Assembly: GCF_050990905.1 (NCBI RefSeq)
Contig: NZ_CP158866.1
Coordinates: forward strand, 2,554,651-2,578,650
DNA: 24,000 nt
From: Falsibacillus pallidus
GTDB taxonomy: Bacteria; Bacillota; Bacilli; Bacillales; DSM-25281
Direction of reading: 5' to 3'
In this document: piece by piece, positions 1 through 8,465 of the stretch
Layout: the number at the start of each line of letters is the position of its first letter
Position numbering within the stretch: position 1 is the stretch's first letter
Translations under genes and position numbers: made by a program
Notes under the pieces: generated by a model
Told to the model about the DNA's origin: nothing
The model's input: the letters and a program-made list of their open reading frames with translations, nothing else
The model's database searches: none

Positions 1-231
1 GCCACATACGGCACTCAGTTTGGAGATATTGATTCCTTCTTCGTCAAGCGTCTCTAAAATCATTTCTTTTCGGAATTCATATTGATCGATGATATTCTCA
101 AAAGAATTTATTTTATCTGCATCATGACGGATGGTTTTCTCCAAAATATCCTTTTCATTATCGAAAACGCCGATTTTCGTTGAAGTCGATCCAGGGTTGA
201 TGACGAGAATTCGATATTCTTTCTCTTGCAC
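1..231 (-). CDS. buk: butyrate kinase, N-terminal part (gene runs off the window start)
   Basis: Minus-strand translation from GTG (229-231) reads [37 protein letters not shown]..., an acetate/butyrate-kinase N-terminus. GGAGG (240-244) lies 8 nt upstream. Its position after ptb-bcd matches the Bacillus bkd operon order. It is absent from the ORF track because it is truncated by the window edge. Confidence 0.85.
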   Translation of the reverse strand, partial: MQEKEYRILVINPGSTSTKIGVFDNEKDILEKTIRHDADKINSFENIIDQYEFRKEMILETLDEEGINISKLSAVCG

Positions 232-315
232 GTTTGTAACCTCCATTTAAAAGTGTGGGTTTCTTCATTAAAATAAGATCGGTTCATGAAAATTCACACT
301 ATTCATCCAAATGGG

Positions 316-350
316 AGAAACGCCTCGCTTCATGGAAGCCAAGCGTTTCT
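316..350 (-). other. strong imperfect hairpin in the bcd-buk intergenic spacer, with no U-tract
   Basis: AGAAACGC (316-323) pairs with GCGTTTCT (343-350). GCTTC (327-331) pairs with GAAGC (335-339). There is a 3-nt loop and a 3x3 internal loop. On the minus strand it is followed by CCCATTTGG rather than a T-run. Confidence 0.5.
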
Positions 351-390
351 GCACCATCTATTCAAGTTCAGCAGCGATAAAGTAAAATCT

Positions 391-1488
391 TTATACGCGT
401 TGGTTAAGAATATGTTTGTTGTTCAATAGGAATTGGCTGCGGGAATTTTTCATTGTTTGGATTCTTTCCTCAGCCATGCGGTCTGCAGCAACATAAGAAG
501 GAATATTGTCGCGTTTAGCAATTTCGAACACTTTTTCTACATTATTGTAGATTTGTTCTACACGCTTCATTGCTCTCTCAGCATTGTAACCGTATAATTC
601 ATCGGCTACATTGATAACACCGCCGGCATTGATGACATAATCTGGAGTGTAGACAATGCCCATTTCATGGATCGTATCACCGTGGCGGGTTTCTTTCAGC
701 TGATTGTTTGCTGCACCAGCAATGACTTTAGCTTTGATTACAGGAATTGTATCGTCATTGATGACTGCACCAAGTGCACATGGAGCAAAGATATCACAAT
801 CGACACTGTAGATTTCATTAGGATCTACTGCTTTTGCACCGAATTCTTCCACAGCTCTTTGAACAGCTTCTTTATTGATATCAGTAACAATCAAGTTTGC
901 GCCTTCTTCATGAAGATGACGGCAAAGGTTGAATGCTACGTTTCCAACACCTTGAACAGCAATCGTCTTGCCTTCAAGAGAATCTGTACCGAAAGCTTCT
1001 TTTGCTGCCGCTTTCATTCCGCGGTATACACCGAATGCCGTTACAGGTGATGGATTACCGGAAGAACCGAATGCTGGGGAAATCCCTGTAACAAAGTTTG
1101 TTTCTTCATGGATTAAATCCATATCTGCCACAGTCGTACCTACATCTTCAGCTGTGATATAACGTCCGTTCAAACCTTGGATAAAGCGTCCGAATGCACG
1201 GAACATCGCTTCATTTTTATCTTTGCGAGGGTCGCCGATGATTACTGTTTTTCCTCCTCCAAGATTCAAACCTGCTGCTGCATTTTTATAGGTCATTCCT
1301 TTTGCAAGGCGCAATGCATCTTCGATTGCTGCTTCTTCAGACTCATAAGTCCACATGCGAGTACCGCCCAATGCAGGTCCAAGCGTTGTATCATGGATTG
1401 CGATGATAGCTTTTAATCCGGATTGTTCATCTTGGCAAAATACCAATTGCTCATAGTCATAAGTTGTCATGTAGTCAAAAATTTTCAT
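391..1488 (-). CDS. bcd: leucine (branched-chain amino acid) dehydrogenase
   Basis: 365-aa ORF of the Glu/Leu/Phe/Val dehydrogenase family ([15 protein letters not shown]; Rossmann motif VQGVGNVA). It sits between ptb and buk as in the Bacillus bkd operon. Confidence 0.93.
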   Translation of the reverse strand: MKIFDYMTTYDYEQLVFCQDEQSGLKAIIAIHDTTLGPALGGTRMWTYESEEAAIEDALRLAKGMTYKNAAAGLNLGGGKTVIIGDPRKDKNEAMFRAFGRFIQGLNGRYITAEDVGTTVADMDLIHEETNFVTGISPAFGSSGNPSPVTAFGVYRGMKAAAKEAFGTDSLEGKTIAVQGVGNVAFNLCRHLHEEGANLIVTDINKEAVQRAVEEFGAKAVDPNEIYSVDCDIFAPCALGAVINDDTIPVIKAKVIAGAANNQLKETRHGDTIHEMGIVYTPDYVINAGGVINVADELYGYNAERAMKRVEQIYNNVEKVFEIAKRDNIPSYVAADRMAEERIQTMKNSRSQFLLNNKHILNQRV

Positions 1489-1508
1489 TATAATTTCCTC
1501 CTCAGATA

Positions 1509-2411
1509 TTATCCTAATGAACAGATTGCCAGCGCCAATGAATTCAACTTGCTTTCAGCGCTGTCAGATCTTGAAGTTAATACGATCGGGGCTTTAGCAC
1601 CTGCGATTACTGCACCAACTTTTGCCTTGGCGAAATAAATAAGTGATTTATATAGGACATTTCCCGTCTCAATATTAGGAACGAGTAGAATGTCTGCTTG
1701 TCCAGCTGTATCGCTGTGTATGCCTTTATGTTCTGCAGCCTCGATGGAAACTGCATTATCTAACGCCAATGGCCCGTCTACTATACAATTCCTGATTTGC
1801 CCGCGGGCATTCATCTGTGTAAGAGCGGCCGCATCCAATGTAGCTTCCATGGCCGGATTGATTACTTCAACAGCTGCAAGTGGGGCAACTTTCGGCATAT
1901 CTACTCCAATGGAAGTGGCAATGGATACTGAATTTTGAATGATTTGAGCTTTTTGATTCAAGTCCGGTGCAATATTCATTGCTGCATCCGTTACAAAAAT
2001 CAAGCGTTCATAGCCAGGAACTTCAAAAGCCGCTACATGGGAAAGGACATTTCCGGTCCTCAGACCATACTCCTTATTCAAAACAGCTTTCAAGATGACA
2101 GCTGTCGGAACGTTCCCTTTCATCAGCACATCAGCTTCTCCATTATGTACGGATCTTACTGCAAGCTCACATGCTTTTGAGTCTGTTTCAGCATGGAAGA
2201 TGGAAACATAGGCATCTTCAGCAAGCTGTGGTGCAGCCTCTTTAACGACTGCCTTGATTTTGTCCTCATTTCCAAACAGAAGAAATTTGGCCATGTTTTT
2301 TTCCGCTGCAGCCGCAACAGCTCCAATGACTTCTTTGTCCTCTGCAGCTGCAACAGCTATTGCTGCCTTATTCATTTGGGTTGCTTTTTCAATGAGTGAG
2401 TGTAAATTCAT
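1509..2411 (-). CDS. ptb: phosphate butyryltransferase
   Basis: Phosphate acetyl/butyryl-transferase family sequence. I place the start at ATG 2409-2411 ([12 protein letters not shown]...), preceded by GAGG. The ORF-track extension to 2519 would run through the sigma-54 promoter at 2456-2471. Confidence 0.88.
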   Translation of the reverse strand: MNLHSLIEKATQMNKAAIAVAAAEDKEVIGAVAAAAEKNMAKFLLFGNEDKIKAVVKEAAPQLAEDAYVSIFHAETDSKACELAVRSVHNGEADVLMKGNVPTAVILKAVLNKEYGLRTGNVLSHVAAFEVPGYERLIFVTDAAMNIAPDLNQKAQIIQNSVSIATSIGVDMPKVAPLAAVEVINPAMEATLDAAALTQMNARGQIRNCIVDGPLALDNAVSIEAAEHKGIHSDTAGQADILLVPNIETGNVLYKSLIYFAKAKVGAVIAGAKAPIVLTSRSDSAESKLNSLALAICSLG

Positions 2412-2455
2412 ATTGTCTGCCTCAACCCCTTCATTTATTCTTACATTATCCATTA

Positions 2456-2471
2456 TGCAAGAACCGTGCCA
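2456..2471 (-). promoter_or_regulatory. sigma-54 (SigL) -24/-12 promoter of the ptb-bcd-buk operon
   Basis: The minus strand reads TGGCACGGTTCTTGCA, an exact TGGCAC-N5-TTGCA. It lies about 45 nt upstream of the ptb ATG and directly downstream of the sigma-54 activator gene bkdR. Confidence 0.8.
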
Positions 2472-2532
2472 AAATAAAAACATTGAAAACGCTTTATTTA
2501 ATATTAATTTTGTGTGCAACTTTTTTCATGGT

Positions 2533-2548
2533 ATGCAAATTATTGCAT
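2533..2548. promoter_or_regulatory. candidate BkdR enhancer (UAS) palindrome ATGCAA-N4-TTGCAT
   Basis: Inverted repeat ATGCAAATTATTGCAT centred about 84 bp upstream of the -12 element. It overlaps the bkdR stop codon (2540-2542). Further TTGCA/TGCAA motifs are nearby (2557-2566). Confidence 0.3.
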
Positions 2549-4612
2549 GTCATCAATTGCAATCTTATATTTATCCAGCTTGTAATAAAGATTACGTATA
2601 GAAACATCCAACTGCTTGGCTGTCGCTGTCTTGTTCCCATTATTTTGCCGCAGTACATTTTCTATATGTTCCTTTTCAAATCGCTCAACTAATTCGGCCA
2701 AGCTCTTCCCTTCCGGATCTACAGTTATCCCCGAGGATTTTTTCTCATGACCGGAAGCGCCTTGGTCTAATATATCCAGATGCTCAGAACTGATCATCTT
2801 ATCGGTATAATTCATAAAAATTATGGCTCTCCCAAGAATGTTTTCCAACTCTCTCACATTGCCAGGCCATTCATATGCCATTAGTTTGTTCAATGCACCA
2901 CTCGTCATACCTTCCACGTTTCGCCCATAATCCTGATTGATTTTGTAAATCAACCTTTCACTCAGACTTTGGATATCTTCTTTTCGTGTCCGGAGTGGCG
3001 GAATCTGGATCGGCATCCGGTTGAGCCGGTAATATAGATCCTCGCGGAAAGTCCCGTCTGAAATCGCTTTTTCCAAATTGACATTTGTAGCGGCAATGAT
3101 CCTTACATTGATCGGAATGGACTTCGTACCGCCTACCCGGACTATTTCATGCTCCTGCAGGACCCTTAATAGCTTGGCTTGTGTATTGACGCTCAGTTCA
3201 CCAATCTCATCAAGAAAAATACTGCCGTTATTAGCTTCTTCAAAGAGTCCCCGCTTCCCTCCACGCTTGGCTCCTGAAAATGCTCCTTCTTCATAGCCGA
3301 ATAATTCACTTTCAAGAAGGGACTCGGATATGGCAGCACAGTTCACTCTTATAAATTTGTTATACTTCCGGTCGCTGGCATTATGGATGGCGTGTGCAAA
3401 AAGCTCTTTGCCAGTCCCCGATTCCCCCCTGAGGAGTATCGTTGCCGGCGTCTTCGCGCCAAGCTTAGCCTGTTCTATAGCAAGCATCATTTCATCTGAG
3501 CTGCCAATTATATCTTCAAATGTATATTTTGCTTCGAGCGTCCTGATAATCTGCCTTGCTCGATCCAATTCATTGGTTAATGACTGAATTTCGGAAACAT
3601 CATGGATAACACCGACGCTGCCTTTTAATTTCCCATTTACGATGATAGGCGCCACGTTGACAATTACTTCTTTTTTCATCGGGCCGACGCGCATCTTCAC
3701 TCCTCTGACAGCCCTTCTTGTCTGAAGGACCTTCAGATGCATACTTTCACCCTCAGATATATCAGCGGTGGCCGGCTGTCCGATCACCCGCTCCTGTGTA
3801 AGTCCGGTGATGCGAGTGTAGGCAGGATTGATCAATATCCCCCGGCCGTCTTCGTCCACAACAGATATCGCGTCATCACTGGATTGAATGATGGCCTCAA
3901 GCATTGTCTGGATTTCTTTTAGATTGGTTATCTCTTCAGCAAGGTTTACCACTTCAGAGATATCCTTAAATACAGAAATGGCGCCAAACAACTGATGGTT
4001 TTCTCCAATAAGCGGGATCCTGGTCGTGATGATCTTCATCCCATTAAGCAGAACCAGCTCTTGATTCGTTTCAATCCTTCTGGTTTCAATAACTCGCGGA
4101 AGCTTGCTGCCTGGAATGACTTCATGAATATGCTTCCCAAGAGCAAACTTCCGTGAAGCCCCTACCATACGTTCGGCACTGCGGTTAAATAAAGTCACCT
4201 TGCCTGAGGGATCTATGACGACCATTCCGTCATCTGCAGAATCAAAAATTAAATTATGAAAGTACGATTGATTAGTCAATTTAGAAATCAGTTCTTCTTT
4301 TTCCTCTAAGAGCGTGGACATTAAAAAAGCTACGCTTCCTGGGATCAGTACTGTTTCAGGATGCCTCGCCTCCCGAAGCTGCCTGAATACTTCCTCGCTG
4401 CCAGTCACTTCAATTATGATATCAACTGATTCATCCAAATGGTTTATCCAATCCTTCTCCACAGGTATTCCCTCATTTATGGCAAATGCAATACCCGGAG
4501 CTAATTGATTCGGATCAATAACTGCAGTGACTTTCATGGCAGTGGATTCTCTTAGAAGCTTTAAAATGGCGAGCCCGCCTTTTCCTCCACCAACCACAAG
4601 AACATTTTGCAA
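2540..4612 (-). CDS. bkdR: sigma-54-dependent transcriptional activator of the bkd operon (PAS + AAA+ + Fis-type HTH)
   Basis: Walker A GESGTGKE, Walker B IFLDEIGE, sigma-54 contact loop GAFSGA (3269-3286), and a C-terminal HTH ([20 protein letters not shown]). Start chosen at TTG 4610-4612 with GGAGG 7 nt upstream. The ORF stays open to GTG 4654, which has no SD. Confidence 0.88.
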   Translation of the reverse strand: MQNVLVVGGGKGGLAILKLLRESTAMKVTAVIDPNQLAPGIAFAINEGIPVEKDWINHLDESVDIIIEVTGSEEVFRQLREARHPETVLIPGSVAFLMSTLLEEKEELISKLTNQSYFHNLIFDSADDGMVVIDPSGKVTLFNRSAERMVGASRKFALGKHIHEVIPGSKLPRVIETRRIETNQELVLLNGMKIITTRIPLIGENHQLFGAISVFKDISEVVNLAEEITNLKEIQTMLEAIIQSSDDAISVVDEDGRGILINPAYTRITGLTQERVIGQPATADISEGESMHLKVLQTRRAVRGVKMRVGPMKKEVIVNVAPIIVNGKLKGSVGVIHDVSEIQSLTNELDRARQIIRTLEAKYTFEDIIGSSDEMMLAIEQAKLGAKTPATILLRGESGTGKELFAHAIHNASDRKYNKFIRVNCAAISESLLESELFGYEEGAFSGAKRGGKRGLFEEANNGSIFLDEIGELSVNTQAKLLRVLQEHEIVRVGGTKSIPINVRIIAATNVNLEKAISDGTFREDLYYRLNRMPIQIPPLRTRKEDIQSLSERLIYKINQDYGRNVEGMTSGALNKLMAYEWPGNVRELENILGRAIIFMNYTDKMISSEHLDILDQGASGHEKKSSGITVDPEGKSLAELVERFEKEHIENVLRQNNGNKTATAKQLDVSIRNLYYKLDKYKIAIDDMQ

Positions 4613-4684
4613 AATTTTTCCTCCGTTCGCGAAAAAATGTGCAAATTCTTTCACACTTCTTTATTGTAGTGAAAATTTAGCTCC

Positions 4685-4712
4685 TTGACAAATTTGGATG
4701 ATAAGATATGAT
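4685..4712 (+). promoter_or_regulatory. putative sigma-A promoter for the small membrane-protein gene
   Basis: TTGACA (4685-4690), 16-nt spacer, TATGAT (4707-4712). Confidence 0.4.
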
Positions 4713-4742
4713 TTTTTTGACAGCAGTTAAAGGAGCATGGAT

Positions 4743-5006
4743 ATGATTCGTTTATTTGCTTTACTGATAATGGTCATTCCGGGTATTTTTGCAGCGCTTG
4801 GAATAAAACTTATGCGTGATATGACGTTTGGCATCCTGCAGCCGCCTTTTCCTTATTTATGGATCCAATTTTTGTGCGGCTTGATTTTTTTCATCGGGGG
4901 ATTAAGCTTTATTGCAGGGTTTATTTTTTACCGCGATCGAAAAAGAGGGAAAGTTCAGGAACGCTTTAAAAAAAACGAGCATAAAAAAAGACAGGCTGGC
5001 GATTGA
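4743..5006 (+). CDS. small two-TM membrane protein, YqzF/DUF2627-like
   Basis: Hydrophobic 87-89 aa ORF with a basic C-terminal tail. AAAGGAG ends 7 nt before ATG 4743, whereas ATG 4737 is too close to the SD. As I recall, B. subtilis has yqzF in the corresponding neighbourhood. Confidence 0.6.
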   Translation: MIRLFALLIMVIPGIFAALGIKLMRDMTFGILQPPFPYLWIQFLCGLIFFIGGLSFIAGFIFYRDRKRGKVQERFKKNEHKKRQAGD

Positions 5007-5024
5007 AACCAACCTGTCTTTTTC
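4986..5024. terminator. bidirectional intrinsic terminator between convergent genes
   Basis: AAAAGACAGGCTGG (4986-4999) pairs with CCAACCTGTCTTTT (5009-5022) with one mismatch. An A-run lies on one side and a T-run on the other. Confidence 0.6.
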
Positions 5025-5773
5025 TATTTAATGAATTGCTCTCTTAATTCCAGGGCTTTTTTGGGATAGTCAGTGATGATGGCTGAACAGCCGATTTTAA
5101 ACAGCCTGATCATATCTTCTTTTTTATTGACTGTATACGGTCTGACTGCAATCCCGTTTTCCATTGATGCCAAAACAATTTCGTCCGGTGCAGCCCGTTG
5201 ATTAGGATGTATCGCTCTCCCTCTGATGGACTGTGCATAGATCCAAGGCATAAATAATCCTTCTGAATAAAGCGGGGCGATTTCAATTTCAGGGGCAAGC
5301 CGAAAACAATAAACAATGGAATAATGGTTGAATGAAGAGATAATGATCCTGTTCTCCAATCCATACTCCCTCACGAGCGCAATTACCTTTTCCTCGAGCT
5401 GGGGATAAGGAAAGACTCCATTCTTCAATTCAACATTACATAAAAGTTCATTGGTTTTCAGCCATTCGCATACTTCTCTGAACGAGGGTATTCTCGGCTT
5501 TTTTAAAAATGAATTGAATTTATAGCTGGCATCCAGCTTCTTTAGTTCCTCTAAAGTATAATCCTTTACAAACCCTTTTCCATTTGTCGTTCTTTCAAGT
5601 GTTTCGTCATGAATGACAACTACCTCTCCATCCCTGGAAAGCTGGACATCCAGTTCAATCCCATCCGCACCTGCTTTTTCAGCTTCTCTGAAAGAAGACA
5701 TCGTATTTTCAGGGTGTGTACCGGCTGAACCTCTATGCGCAAAAATTTGTGTGAAAGTCATTTTTTTCACCAT
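5024..5773 (-). CDS. yqiK: glycerophosphodiester phosphodiesterase (GDPD family)
   Basis: GDPD signature FAHRGS...PENT...GADGIELDVQLSRDGEVVVIHDETLERTTNG. The start could instead be the ATG at 5761 (MTFTQIF...). Confidence 0.82.
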   Translation of the reverse strand: MVKKMTFTQIFAHRGSAGTHPENTMSSFREAEKAGADGIELDVQLSRDGEVVVIHDETLERTTNGKGFVKDYTLEELKKLDASYKFNSFLKKPRIPSFREVCEWLKTNELLCNVELKNGVFPYPQLEEKVIALVREYGLENRIIISSFNHYSIVYCFRLAPEIEIAPLYSEGLFMPWIYAQSIRGRAIHPNQRAAPDEIVLASMENGIAVRPYTVNKKEDMIRLFKIGCSAIITDYPKKALELREQFIK

Positions 5774-5875
5774 CCCATCATGATTATCAATATTTCAATG
5801 GCGGCTGCCATTCAGCACCTCTCCCTACACATAATAGTATAATGGCACTTTTGTTTTAATATTAACTGAAATCCA

Positions 5876-5910
5876 TCAAAAAAGCTTACAGAGAGTTTCC
5901 CTGTAAGCTC
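5876..5910 (-). terminator. intrinsic terminator downstream of spo0A
   Basis: AGCTTACAG (5883-5891) pairs with CTGTAAGCT (5901-5909). On the minus strand it is followed by TTTTTTGA. Confidence 0.6.
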
Positions 5911-5936
5911 CTTTTCATTTATTGATTCTCACTCTT

Positions 5937-6722
5937 TCAAGAGGCTTTATGTTCCAGCCTTAGCTTATCCGCCACCATCGCAATGAATTCCGAATTGGTC
6001 GGCTTTGCTTTGGACATAGAGACTGTATATCCAAACAGGGATGAAATCGATTCAATGTTCCCCCTGCTCCATGCAACTTCGATGGCATGGCGGATCGCGC
6101 GTTCTACACGGCTGGCAGTAGTGTTATATTTTTTGGCGATATCTGGATATAACACTTTAGTGATCGATCCAAGAAGCTCTATATCGTTATACACCATTGA
6201 GATTGCTTCTCTCAAATAAAGGTATCCTTTAATATGGGCTGGAACACCAATTTCGTGGATGATGCTCGTAATGCTTGCGTCGAGATTTCTCGGCTTTTGT
6301 TCTGCACTGGACTTAATGGAGGAAGGTTTTTTGATGAATGAGTTTGTTTTCCCGCTTACTTGTCGAATGTGGCTTGCAAGGTTTTCCATATCGAACGGTT
6401 TTAGGATGAAATAAGAAGCGCCTAACTCGACTGCTTTCTTTGTCACATCCTCCTGGCCAAATGCCGTAAGCATGATTACGTTCGGCATAGTGGAGCGAGG
6501 GTTTTCCCTAAGCTTTTCTAAAACAGCTAATCCATCAAGATGAGGCATGATGATATCAAGGACTAAGACATCTGGTTCAGCTTCTTCAAGCATTTGGAGG
6601 CATTCCTGGCCATTATGTGCCACTCCAAGAACTTCCATATCGTCCATGGACTCAATATAGTCATTCAAGAGTCCAACTAATTCACGGTTATCATCCACAA
6701 TACATACTTTAATCTTTTTCAC
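5937..6722 (-). CDS. spo0A: sporulation master response regulator Spo0A
   Basis: Near-identical to Bacillus Spo0A across the receiver domain ([14 protein letters not shown]...[13 protein letters not shown]) and the DNA-binding domain ([19 protein letters not shown]...[23 protein letters not shown]). Start placed at GTG 6720-6722, 9 nt after AGGAGG. The track's TTG at 6740 overlaps that SD. Confidence 0.96.
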   Translation of the reverse strand: MKKIKVCIVDDNRELVGLLNDYIESMDDMEVLGVAHNGQECLQMLEEAEPDVLVLDIIMPHLDGLAVLEKLRENPRSTMPNVIMLTAFGQEDVTKKAVELGASYFILKPFDMENLASHIRQVSGKTNSFIKKPSSIKSSAEQKPRNLDASITSIIHEIGVPAHIKGYLYLREAISMVYNDIELLGSITKVLYPDIAKKYNTTASRVERAIRHAIEVAWSRGNIESISSLFGYTVSMSKAKPTNSEFIAMVADKLRLEHKAS

Positions 6723-6788
6723 TAAAGGTTTCCTCCTCAATTAAATAAATCCATTTTTTATTTATCTAAATATTATTGTAATTGACAA

Positions 6789-6813
6789 ATTCGACAATGC
6801 AACTAAAATTCCT
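6789..6813 (-). promoter_or_regulatory. putative sigma-H promoter (Ps-like) of spo0A
   Basis: The minus strand reads AAAGGAATTT-N10-GTCGAAT. This resembles the sigma-H consensus RnAGGwWW / RnnGAAT. The -10 overlaps a 0A box. Confidence 0.45.
6790..6796 (-). promoter_or_regulatory. Spo0A binding site (0A box, TGTCGAA)
   Basis: Exact TGTCGAA on the minus strand, overlapping the putative Ps -10. Confidence 0.5.
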
Positions 6814-6860
6814 TTTCTTTTTCGAAAAAATGTTAAAAAATATATATTTTCTTAAAAATT

Positions 6861-6880
6861 CTCTTGTTTTCTCTTGTTTT
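6861..6880. repeat. perfect tandem duplication CTCTTGTTTT x2
   Basis: Read directly from the sequence. It abuts a 0A-box-like site at 6879-6885. Confidence 0.9.
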
Positions 6881-6885
6881 CGACT
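6879..6885 (-). promoter_or_regulatory. 0A-box-like site (AGTCGAA, 6/7)
   Basis: The minus strand reads AGTCGAA. A weaker TATCGAA follows at 6889-6895. Confidence 0.3.
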
Positions 6886-6911
6886 ACATTCGATAAAGTT
6901 CATTACCGATT

Positions 6912-6918
6912 TGTCGAA
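6912..6918 (+). promoter_or_regulatory. Spo0A binding site (0A box, TGTCGAA), inverted relative to spo0A
   Basis: Exact TGTCGAA on the plus strand, just downstream of the putative Pv-like promoter. Confidence 0.5.
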
Positions 6919-6932
6919 TTTTATTTATCTAT

Positions 6933-6960
6933 ATGATAGCAAAAACATATTGATTTGCAA
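6933..6960 (-). promoter_or_regulatory. putative sigma-A promoter (Pv-like) of spo0A
   Basis: Minus strand: TTGCAA (6955-6960), 16-nt spacer, TGcTATCAT extended -10 (6933-6941). Confidence 0.4.
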
Positions 6961-7016
6961 GGGTATTCTATGGTATTTTTTATTTTTGTATATTTTTATG
7001 GATACTCATTCATTAA

Positions 7017-7052
7017 CAAAAAGCACCGATTTTTTTAAATCGGTGCTTTTTG
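7017..7052 (-). terminator. intrinsic terminator downstream of spoIVB
   Basis: Perfect 12-bp stem AAAAGCACCGAT / ATCGGTGCTTTT. On the minus strand it is followed by TTTTTGTT. Confidence 0.75.
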
Positions 7053-7053
7053 T

Positions 7054-8340
7054 TCAGCCTGCTTTATTTTCATTTTCGCCGTAAATATCAATTCCTGCTT
7101 CATGCAGCATCCACTCAATATGGACGCCATATCCGGATGTCGGATCATTTACGAATACATGTGTTACAGCTCCAATCAATTTACCATTCTGAATGATCGG
7201 GCTTCCGCTCATTCCCTGAACGATTCCTCCTGTCTTTTCAAGCAGTTCAGGATCTGTCACCTTGATGACCATACCTTTTGTTGCAGGGAATTTCTGCGGT
7301 ATTGTACTAACGATTTCAATGTCATATTCTTCGATTTGATCTCCATCAACCACTGTCAATATTTTTGCTGGTCCTTCTTTGACTTGATTCGATAATGCAA
7401 TGGGCATCGGTTTTTCAAGCAAACCATTATCCAAGCCGTGATGCAGCTTGCCAAAAATTCCAAATGGACTATTGCGGTTGATGTCACCGATTATTTCACG
7501 ATCTGGAGAAAAACGGGCCAATTTTTCACCTGGATTCCCATTGCTCCCTTTTTCAATCGATGTCACAGTGGATTTCAGGATTTGTCCGTCTTCCACTACG
7601 ATTGGTTTTTTCGTATCCATATCTGAAATGACATGTCCCAAAGCTCCATATTTTTTGGTTTTGGGATCATAGAAAGTCATGGTACCGATCCCTGCTGCTG
7701 AATCCCTTATATATAATCCAAGCTTATATTCATCCTCAGATGAATCCTTCATGGGCATCAAGTTCGTTTTTATGATTTTATGATCCCGCTGTACAATGAC
7801 TTTAAGCTCTTGTCCGCTTTCGCCTGCCTTTTGAACAAAAGGTGCCACATCTGACATGTTTTCAATTTTTTGACCGTTTATTTCTGTAATGATGTCACCA
7901 ACCTGTATGCCTGCCTTTTCCCCTGGTGATACCTTCCCTTTGTCTGTTGAGACCAGATGGTGACCTACCACAAGGACCCCTAGGGTATTCAGTTTTACAC
8001 CAATGGATTGTCCACCTGGAATGACTTTGTAATCTTTTAATACATTTACGTTGACCTTTTTAATTGGAAAACCGGCAAATTCCAATAAAACGTCATCTTT
8101 GCCTGCTGATTTTGCATCAATTTTAATTTTATGTTGATTTTCTTCAGCAGCAGATGCCGATCCACTCATCGCTGCTGCAGAAATAGCATTCGAAGTTGAA
8201 AAAGATTGTGACTGACCTTCAAATAATGTGATTGTTCCTGGAATTTCCAGATATTGTTGGAAAGGTTTGTAGAATAATACTGAAATAAGTGAAACAAGGA
8301 GAATTCCACCAATTAATTTTCTAAGATGTTCCCATTTCAA
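7054..8340 (-). CDS. spoIVB: SpoIVB signalling serine peptidase (PDZ + S55 protease)
   Basis: Strong similarity to SpoIVB ([10 protein letters not shown] signal anchor, PDZ region [14 protein letters not shown], catalytic region [24 protein letters not shown]). Start placed at TTG 8338-8340 downstream of AGGAG. The ORF is open to GTG 8373. Confidence 0.92.
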   Translation of the reverse strand: MKWEHLRKLIGGILLVSLISVLFYKPFQQYLEIPGTITLFEGQSQSFSTSNAISAAAMSGSASAAEENQHKIKIDAKSAGKDDVLLEFAGFPIKKVNVNVLKDYKVIPGGQSIGVKLNTLGVLVVGHHLVSTDKGKVSPGEKAGIQVGDIITEINGQKIENMSDVAPFVQKAGESGQELKVIVQRDHKIIKTNLMPMKDSSEDEYKLGLYIRDSAAGIGTMTFYDPKTKKYGALGHVISDMDTKKPIVVEDGQILKSTVTSIEKGSNGNPGEKLARFSPDREIIGDINRNSPFGIFGKLHHGLDNGLLEKPMPIALSNQVKEGPAKILTVVDGDQIEEYDIEIVSTIPQKFPATKGMVIKVTDPELLEKTGGIVQGMSGSPIIQNGKLIGAVTHVFVNDPTSGYGVHIEWMLHEAGIDIYGENENKAG

Positions 8341-8392
8341 TTTTTTCACTCTCCTCGCTTCTAATCCACACACTTATGATTGGCTACAATCT

Positions 8393-8422
8393 TAATTTAG
8401 CCTTGAAGCGAGTCAAATATAA
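8393..8422 (-). promoter_or_regulatory. putative forespore (sigma-F/G-type) promoter of spoIVB
   Basis: The minus strand reads TTATA-N15-GGCTAAATTA. The -10 fits GGnnAnAHTR as I recall the sigma-F consensus, and the -35 is 4/5 to GYATA. Confidence 0.4.
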
Positions 8423-8433
8423 CAAACAGGCAA

Positions 8434-8465
8434 AGAAAAAAAGCTACCCTTTTTGGATAGCTTTT
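8434..8465 (-). terminator. intrinsic terminator downstream of recN
   Basis: Stem AAGCTACCC / GGATAGCTT (one G-U pair in the minus-strand RNA), 5-nt loop, then a T8 run on the minus strand. Confidence 0.65.

Noticed and set aside
5110-5364. The alternate-frame same-strand ORFs (5110-5364, 2156-2353, 18172-18384, 23172-23456, 19292-19501) and the many 60-137 aa antisense ORFs in the track
   Set aside because: All are nested inside, or antisense to, strongly supported conserved genes. They lack ribosome-binding sites and have skewed, Cys/Phe/Ser-rich compositions typical of non-coding frames.
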